DNA of 64,000 bases from contig OZ024740.1 of NCBI GenBank assembly GCA_964016885.1, forward strand, positions 125,674,001 to 125,738,000, given 5' to 3'. This document shows, in pieces, positions 55,308 to 64,000 of the stretch. Source of the stretch: Eledone cirrhosa. Lineage: Eukaryota. How positions within the stretch are numbered: position 1 is the first letter of the stretch; each line of letters opens with the position of its first letter. Both the position numbers and the translations under genes were made by a program. The notes beneath the pieces were generated by a model that worked only from the letters and a program-made list of their open reading frames with translations, did no database searches and was not told the origin of the DNA.

Positions 55308-55489
55308 CATACACCTATATATATGCATTCACACTCATACACACATATATATATATATAGGGTAAAGCCTCACTTCGGCCGTGAATGTCAATGGGATTTG
55401 GACCTAGAAAGTTCCCCTCGTAGGCACAAGTCCGGGCAAGGTGGTTTGTGAAAGATCAGCAGTCGCCCATGCATACCAGTGATGGTGCA

Positions 55490-55630
55490 ACTCATTTCTA
55501 CAGCTGAGTGAACTGGAGCAATGTGAAATAAAGTGTCGTGCTCAAGAACGCAGCACAAAGCTTGGTCTGAGAATCAAATTCACAACTACATGATTGTATG
55601 CCCGACACACTAACAACTGAGCCATGTGCC
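55490..55630 (-). mobile_element. SINE family B head/core fragment
   Basis: Reverse complement of GGCACATGGCTCAGTTGTTAG..CACTTTATTTCACATTGCTCCAG. Confidence 0.7.
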
Positions 55631-55830
55631 TAAAGTTTGTCTTCAGATAGATATCCTTTTGCTCAGGAACATCCTGGCTTGCAACAGTGTAACCTCTGAA
55701 TATATCCGTATCTTCTTGTGTTTTCGTCCACCTGTGTAGCATTTATATCATTTATATGATATGACTTACCGGCGCAATCAACATGAAGTGATTTAAAAAA
55801 AAGGTGTTTCCCTATAAATATGAAACACCT

Positions 55831-55868
<38 letters not shown>

Positions 55869-56313
55869 GATAGGTTTCAGCCAGTATTGGCCCAGCCATG
55901 TCTAACGTAATAGCACCACCTGGCAAAGTCTTTGAAATCAGGTTTTGGACACCATGGCCCAGTGAAGTAAAGAGTTTTTTGTTTACTGAGACATATCTGG
56001 GTGTTGGAGGTTAATTCCGGATTTCTTGAAGGAATTTGACCAAAGACTTCTTGAACTTTGTGGCGTCTGTTTCTACTTTAATGTGTTTTTAGTGTAATGT
56101 GAAAGAGAGCAGAACCACTTGAGGTGAAACAATTGTGCTGTATTGTTGTTATGAGATGTGAGTATGATTTTTGTCGTGGGTGGATAGCATGGGGCCCAAG
56201 CCTTGGGTGTACTTTCAAGTTGATGCCAACATTATATGGGTAATGGTGATGGAATATTTTCCCCATCATACATATAATGTAGCACTCACGGCGACATTGG
56301 AGAGAATAAAAAA

Positions 56314-56388
<75 letters not shown>

Positions 56389-56394
<6 letters not shown>

Positions 56395-57637
56395 GTTGGA
56401 GTGAAATTTTAGTAAGTAAGTTAATTTTTATAATTTTCTTATTTTACGTCTTTCATATAATTGTTCTGGATCCCCTTGCATTGAACCACAAAGTTACTAA
56501 GACAAAACCTATATATTTGCTAGCATAGGTATGCATCTGTATATATATGTTGGTAGATATACTAATTCTTTATAACTATCTCCAAATTATTTTGTTGAGC
56601 AAAAATTTGCCAAAACTACTACTATAGTTCATAGTAATGGTTCGGCTGCTGTCTTCTGAACACCCCACTCCTCACTGAGTAACCTCGATGTCACTTGATT
56701 GATTCTTTTGAATTTGCCACCGACCAAGTAGGCAGTGATTTTTTTCAGTGTCTTGGAACTTAGTCGACGCTTTGCTTTTTTTCATCCACTGAATTATTTT
56801 TGTATAAGTTCCCTGTGTCCACGCATTGCCTGGGAAGTTAGCTGAGAATAGACTACCCTGATGACGAAAGGCTTTCTCCATGTTTTCCTTCGGAAACCAT
56901 GTTTATTCCCTTTCAGAAACTAATTAGTTGGAGTGAAATTTTAGTAAGTAAGTTCATTTTTATAATTTTCTTATTTTACGTCTTTCATATAATTGTTCTG
57001 GATCCCCTTGCATTGAACCACAAAGTTACTAAGACAAAACCTATATATTTGCTAGCATAGGTATGCATCTGTATATATATGTTGGTAGATATACTAATTC
57101 TTTATAACTATCTCCAAATTATTTTGTTGAGCAAAAATTTGCCAAAACTACTACTATAGTTCATAGTAATGGTTCGGCTGCTGTCTTCTGAACACCCCAC
57201 TCCTCACTGAGTAACCTCGATGTCACTTGATTGATTCTTTTGAATTTGCCACCGACCAAGTAGGCAGTGATTTTTTTCAGTGTCTTGGAACTTAGTCGAC
57301 GCTTTGCTTTTTTTCATCCACTGAATTATTTTTGTATAAGTTCCCTGTGTCCACGCATTGCCTGGGAAGTTAGCTGAGAATAGACTACCCTGATGACGAA
57401 AGGCTTTCTCCATGTTTTCCTTCGGAAACCATGTTTATTCCCTTTCAGAAACTAATTAGTTGGAGTGAAATTTTAGTAAGTAAGTTCATTTTTATAATTT
57501 TCTTATTTTACGTCTTTCATATAATTGTTCTGCATCCCCTTGCATTGAACCACAAAGTTACTAAGACCAAACCTATATATTTGGTAGCATAGGTATGCAA
57601 CTGTATATATATGTTGGTAGATATACTAATTCTTTAT
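56389..57637 (+). repeat. 532-bp tandem repeat, ~2.3 copies, in (TA)n, with an HHR-like core
   Basis: Units start at 56391, 56923 and 57455 and are nearly identical. CTGATGA-CGAAAGG..CCTTCG-GAAA-CCATG-TT occurs at 56858 and 57390. Confidence 0.9.
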
Positions 57638-57717
57638 ATATATATGTATGTATAAATATATATGTATGTATATATACATATATCCAAACATATGTTATAT
57701 GTATATAATTATTTATG

Positions 57718-57799
<82 letters not shown>

Positions 57800-58714
57800 C
57801 ACACATATACATATATATATATACATATATGTAGATATACACATATATGTATATATACACATTTATGTATATATATATATATATATATATGTATATACAT
57901 TTATATATATATATATATACACTTATATATATATGTGTGTGTGTGTGTGTGTTTACAATGTACAGTAGAGTCATTTGCATTATTTGTTCAGTATCACACC
58001 ACCCTCGCCCTCTTTTTGCAATAATTTACTTCACACGCATGCCTTTGCACAGGTTTCTATAAATGTATCAATGTGTATATACTTAAACATAGTTGTGGAC
58101 ATGCATACACACTTTGTTATGTATACCACAATTCTAACACCACTTATATATATACGAGGTTTGGTGGTGGATGCTAGTGGAATTAAGTGCTGATGGTGGT
58201 GGGTACCGGGTCAATATTTCCAAGAATTGATGTATGTAAGCGCCTTCATGCTTCATGTATTGGAGCTAATTTATTTCTGAGCGTCCCTGGGATTATTTCC
58301 CTAATAATGAAATTATCATATATCAATCCATCCATCCTGATAAATATATCTATTTAGTGGTAAGGAATTAGATTTCATGTGTCTGTCATGCTTTTACTGC
58401 AAATGCTGCTTGAGGAAGACTGTTATCACAATGCATTACAAAGTAGAAATTCTTTGAAAACACCCAGGTTTTATACACACCCATATGCTCATACATGCAT
58501 ATATACGCATGCACATTCACATATACACATATGAAAATATACCAGTTTGCACATGCACGCAGAAAATCGCTATTTCTTGGTTATTTAGTATTCTTGAAAA
58601 AAATTAATGACATACAATTGGATTGGATGTGGCATGTAGATGCAATGTCGTGTTTGATGTGTTTATGCATATATATGCCTACATATGTGTATTTGTATTT
58701 ATGTATATATATAT

Positions 58715-59360
58715 AAACGGAAAAAAATGAAACGAAATTTCATTTCTCACTCTTAGTACGGCTGTTACTTAAATATAAGTATGTACACTACATACATATA
58801 TGTATACAGACGTACAGTAGTATGTATATATATATACATACATGCACACATATATATATGTTCGTATGGATTGACCGAACATTTATTATAATGCTCGGTG
58901 TGTTTGTAAACAAACATCCCGAATTAAGCCGTACAATCATCGTTGCTCATTTGTTCAACACTGACAAAGGAACGCTGTACTAGTTTCAAGCTTATTAGCT
59001 ATCGTCAGCAACGTATACCTTCCTGCCAGATGGTTGAACGCCTGGAAGTATATACTTTCCTTATGCATATTAACGGCTGAGCAGCCTAATTTGCATATCG
59101 AGTGAGTTAATCGGCCGGGGTACCGAAAACGATAAACGGACAAAATGAAACGAAATTTCATTTCTCACTCTTAGTACGGCTGTTACTTAAATATAAGTAT
59201 GTATACGTAATTCGGGATGTTTGTTTACAAACACACCGAGCATTATAATAAATGTTCGGTGAATCCATACGTACATATATATATGTGTGCATGTATGTAT
59301 ATATATATATACATACTACTATACGTCTGTATACATATATTTATGTACGTGTACATATAT
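58715..59360 (-). mobile_element. 416-bp family retrozyme-like copy (~1.2 units + inverted partial); HHR at 58973-59013
   Basis: Reverse complement reads CGTTG-CTGACGA-T-AGCT(AATA)AGCT-T-GAAA-CTAG-TA^CAGCG. Inversion junction at ~59209. Confidence 0.9.
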
Positions 59361-59385
59361 ATATATATGTGTGTGTGTGTGTGTC

Positions 59386-59418
<33 letters not shown>

Positions 59419-59427
59419 CTATATGTG

Positions 59428-59462
<35 letters not shown>

Positions 59463-59463
59463 C

Positions 59464-59496
<33 letters not shown>

Positions 59497-59961
59497 GTAT
59501 CTCTCTGTTTAAACTCACATGCATATATTGATGATATATATGATATTTTTGTGTACACACATCTCCAGTCATTGACTTTTACACACACATAGATGCATAT
59601 GCATTGTTTATTTGTTCATGTGTGTGTATGTGTTTTTGTGTATACATGAACATGTGCAAATGTGTGCTTTCATACATGTGTGTGTGTTATATTCTTATTT
59701 TTACAAAATTTAAAGGAATCAATAGAACTGAATTATTGACATTTTAAAATCTGTATACAGTCACCATTGACATAAATGGCAAACTGTCAACAGATCAAGA
59801 TTTTTCCAATTTCATGTTCATAAATCGGGACATACTGAAATAAAAAAAATTGCTAAAGAACATTTGTCTTCTGGACATAATTTAAAAGCATAGTGCTTGT
59901 TTTCATGAAGTTAACCTGAAAATTTTAGGCATAATATTTACCAAGATATATATCTTGAATG

Positions 59962-60253
59962 GAGGCACATGGCTTAGTGGTTAGAGCATTGGCCTTGCAA
60001 TCGAAAGGTTACGAGTTCAATTCTCACACCGGGTGATGTGTTGTTTCCCTGAGTAAGACACTTTATTTCACATTGCTCCAGTTTACTCACTGTAAAGTGG
60101 ACGTGTAGGCGCCACGGAAAAAAAGCACCCAGCACTCACTGTAAATGAGGTTGGTGTTAGGAAGGGCATCCAGCTGTAGAAATCATGCCAGAATCAATTC
60201 CTGTCCCACCCTTGCAAGCAGGGAAAATCGGACGTAAAATGAAATGAAATGAA
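59962..60253 (+). mobile_element. tRNA-derived SINE, family B (CORE-like domain, LINE-like tail)
   Basis: A box TGGCTTAGTGG, B box GAGTTCAATTC, TCCCTGAGTAAGACACTT core-like motif, (TGAAA)n tail. Confidence 0.85.
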
Positions 60254-60929
60254 TGATTGACTCTATAAGTTAACATGAAAACAGCCTATCTAGAAGAGAA
60301 ATCACGCCTAATAAATAAGAGAAATCACACCTAATAAATAAGAGTCAATGGTATAGCTTATGGGCTCCATAAGCTATAACTAAGGCAGCCTGTCTAGGAG
60401 AACAGTTACTCTGAATAAAACTTCATATAAGTTAGACGTGTCTCTTAAGTTCTCAGAGGCAAAGTTTTTTGAACTGGTGGAATGATAAAATACACCTAGT
60501 TCCCATTGTAAAGTGGTTGATGATACACAAGGCATCCAGACAGAAAAACCATGCCACAAACTACGAGTAGCACAATTCATGCAAACATGGAAAAGTGGAT
60601 AGAAAATGATGAATGCTTGAATCTGTGTAGCTTTTTCTTGAGAAATTAGAAAGAAACTAAAATTCAATGTTGAAATATTATTATCACAATCACCATTGCA
60701 TTTTTATCACTGTCATCATTGTTACCATTTCCACAAAGTCACTCTACTTCTCCTTCAAGACCTACTCCAACCACACGTTTCTTTTGTCAACTTCAGTTGG
60801 TTATCTTTCAGAAATTCACACTGCTCCTCTATGTTGTGTGTTTTTATTTGCTCTTCCTTACTGTCAAAAGCATCAAGCAACATACATCTAAATTTGTTAT
60901 TGAATGCGGTGTTCTTTTACTTCCATATT

Positions 60930-61720
60930 TTTTCCTCCAGTTTGTCCTATGTTGTTGAGTTCGTCTAGCCTTAACTATGATGTCGCTAATTATTAGGTTA
61001 TATTGGGAGGTGTATTGTTCACCAGGGAAGGACTTTGTGTTTACAATGGTCTCTCTGTCTCGTTTTCTGGTGAGGATAAAGTCTATCTGGCTGGCATGCT
61101 CACCTGATCTATAGGTGATCAGGTGATTGGCTGGTTTATTTATGTTTGTATAACAGATAGATATGTCATTGATATTGCATTGTTCCAGAAGCCTGGAGTC
61201 CTCCTCACTTTTAGTGCCAAATCCATAACCTCCATGATCTTTTCGAAGCCATCACAGAATTGCTCAACATGTCCATTAAAGTCACCAGCAATGATTATGA
61301 AGTCCCCATCGCTTATTTAGTAGGTCATGTATATTAGTGATTCATAGAACCTGTATTTTAGTCCATCTGACAGTTCTGACTGAGGTGTATATGCAGAAAT
61401 AATCATTACTGTTGCTTTATATAGTGCCAATCTAAGTTTGATGATTCTATCATTTACTGAGTAAATAGAGTAAACTTCACTCTAGTTACCACAATTATCT
61501 TGTGTACCCACTTTTATGCTTCCATAATCCCTACTCTCACTCAGCCCATTATCATTCCCCACCCAGAAAGATTTGTAGCAACATTTTTTGCCCACAAGGA
61601 ATCTAGCTGATATTCTCTTCCATCTAGTCTCTTGTACACATCATACATCAATATTCAGTCATTCAAGCATCTCTATGATTTTTCCTCATCTTCCTTTCAT
61701 TGCACTTATTTTGATGGTGT
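60930..61720 (-). mobile_element. Decayed AP-endonuclease region of an RTE-like LINE
   Basis: Minus-strand remnants VQETRW, SFW.G, ISAYTPQ, AGDFNGHV and TYRSG..QIDFIL. Confidence 0.8.
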
Positions 61721-64000
61721 GCTAGCTCTGAAGTTATGAAGTTCACCGGAAGAGTGAAAGAAAGATGGAAAATCAGGAGGGGGAATGGAAGATGGATTTG
61801 TGGGGGTTTCTCATATCTGAAATAGAGAAGAGTGTTCGTGTACTCATCCAGAGATTAATGGTGTGCTCATATTCTTCCTTAGGAGTGTCTCCAGCTTTGT
61901 GCTCCATTTCCCATATAGTCAGACCCTTAGACGACAGTAGTAGAAGTAATACTAGTAGTTGCAATAGGTATTCAACTAACGGTTACAAGGAGTTTTCACT
62001 GCTGTGTTTTGTTTGGTTTAGGTGACTATGGGGCAGAATGGGGAAACTGGGGGATGACACCGATAGGAGAGGAAAATACAAGGGTGGCATTTAACTGAAA
62101 GAAAAAGTTATCACATACCGAGTGGAAGATTAATGAATAAATGAAGTAGACTTCTATAGCTATCAGCTTCTTTACAATTATATGAGGTGAGGGAAGCCTG
62201 AGGAACAGGATAAATACAAGGATGGTACGTTATGGTCGATGAGGTGAGGGAAAAATAACGGAAGCAGTTTATTATGAGAACTGAGGTTGTAATGTAGAGG
62301 AGAAATGGAGGTTTTAGCTGGAAGAGAAAAAGTCAGCACATACTGAGTGGAAGAGTAATGATATATAATAATATTTGTCACTCAACAAAATCCAATTATG
62401 AAAAACATGATTTTAATTGAAATATTAAATTGTCAATGCTATTATTTTTATGTGAATTGATTAATTGAGATCAGGTTTTTAAAAAAATGTAAACATGGAA
62501 GATTGTTACTTAAAACTCATGTTTTGATAGTTAAACTATGTTTATACCAAGGTTCCATAAATATTATGTCCAAAGCCAATGAAGGATATTCTAAGTGATA
62601 GCTTCACTTGTAAATAGCAGCTGAATTTCCCTCAAATCATCTTTAAAAGAACACATTGGTTAATGTGGTCTAACTTACCTTAATTACAGTTAGAATCATT
62701 TGTAGTTGACATGAAGTATACACATTCGTCATATTCTCTTGACATCATAGGTCAGTTTTAAATAATTTTTATTCTCATTGTCTTGAAACTAACAGTAAAT
62801 TTTCCAAAATGGTCTTTGTTTTGAATTAATTTAGTCATTTGAGATTCCTTTGTGTTCTGTTTTCTTGCTGAGAATTTCATTAGTGGTTTGGTTATGAACT
62901 TAGCCTGTTAACTTGATAAAAATAGTTTTCTTATCACTTGATACAATAGTAGTGTCTTTATTATTGTAAATGATTTATTTAATTTGACGTGGTGTCTTCT
63001 TGTATATCTGACATTCAATGTAGTTCTGATTGGTTTGTGTATTTGCTTAGATATTTATATTTCAAAATGTCATTGTAATATTTTTACCTTTTAATATATA
63101 TACAACTATATACATACCTGCACATGATAATGCATTCACAAACAGCATGTTCATATACTCACACTTACCCAAACACATACACATACACTACATAATTTTG
63201 CACTGGATTAAAATTAAATGTTTGAAATAATTAACCCATATTTATATATTTTCTGATTAATCATTACAGGATGATAAGTGTTAACCATAGACAAGTACCA
63301 ATTAATTGATATAACATGATCAGCTTGTGCATATAGTTCAAGTATTTTACATAATTATATTGACTCCAGTACTTATTTCTATCTGTGACCTATTTTTATC
63401 AATCTCTAGTATCAAATGGCTAAGTTATCTTTTGTCATAAGGGGATGTAATTCAAATTACCATTTTACATCGGTATGCATACAGGCAAGCACACAGAAAA
63501 TCACACATAAGAATTATGTCTTTTCGTTTGTTTTAATAAGACAGATGATGCTCTTCACTTTTTACATAAACAATTAAATGAATTATACTTCAATTATATA
63601 TAACAGAAACAGCAAACACTAAACAATGATGATGAGGACAATGGTGTTATACACAGATGCACACATACATACACAGACATATGCACACACTTATATGTTT
63701 TTTTATTGTTGTTGTTTATTTCCTGCTCAGACCTGACTGAGCAGAACTATGATCAAAAGGATTCTGACCATGACTACTCCATCTTATTTTTAGGCAATGT
63801 GCAACTAGGACCACATTTTTTATGGAAGTTATGGAGTAGGCAGACCCTGAAAAACCTGGGACAATTTGATAAATTCCGACCTTACACACTTACACCTCTC
63901 TAAGACAATGTCACTGGGCCGAGATCTTTGGTGCTACGCAGTAATACAGAAGACCCGCCTTGCCTATGTACAAAGCGAAACCTACAGTCAATAGGCACCT

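Noticed and set aside
56672-57413. Duplicated 69-aa ORF
   Set aside because: A by-product of the 532-bp tandem repeat with no recognisable motif.
59962-60030. tRNA gene
   Set aside because: A and B boxes are present, but there is no complete cloverleaf and the sequence continues into a multi-copy SINE body.

Overview
AT-rich, microsatellite-laden eukaryotic DNA. The tRNA-derived SINEs and (TA)n density suggest an invertebrate, probably a cephalopod/octopus; this is inference. No confident host protein-coding gene was found, and almost all ORF-track entries are microsatellite or antisense artefacts. The window is dominated by Penelope-like retroelements (PLEs): one intact 819-aa RT + GIY-YIG element with apparently identical 248-bp pseudo-LTRs (12026-16472, minus strand), one decayed full-length PLE with an inverted terminal copy (8140-11665), and further PLE fragments. 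Folding by eye shows about 20 type I hammerhead-ribozyme (HHR) motifs, intact or degenerate, in roughly ten repeat families, nearly all inserted in (TA)n. They include a ~416-bp retrozyme-like tandem/inverted repeat with an octamer motif, HHRs with unusually long or branched stem II, U3-A8 and U4C core variants, and palindromes carrying two back-to-back ribozymes. The rest is decayed LINEs (RLE-type, RTE, CR1-like), SINEs and a mariner remnant. All structures were assigned manually and are not computationally or experimentally verified.
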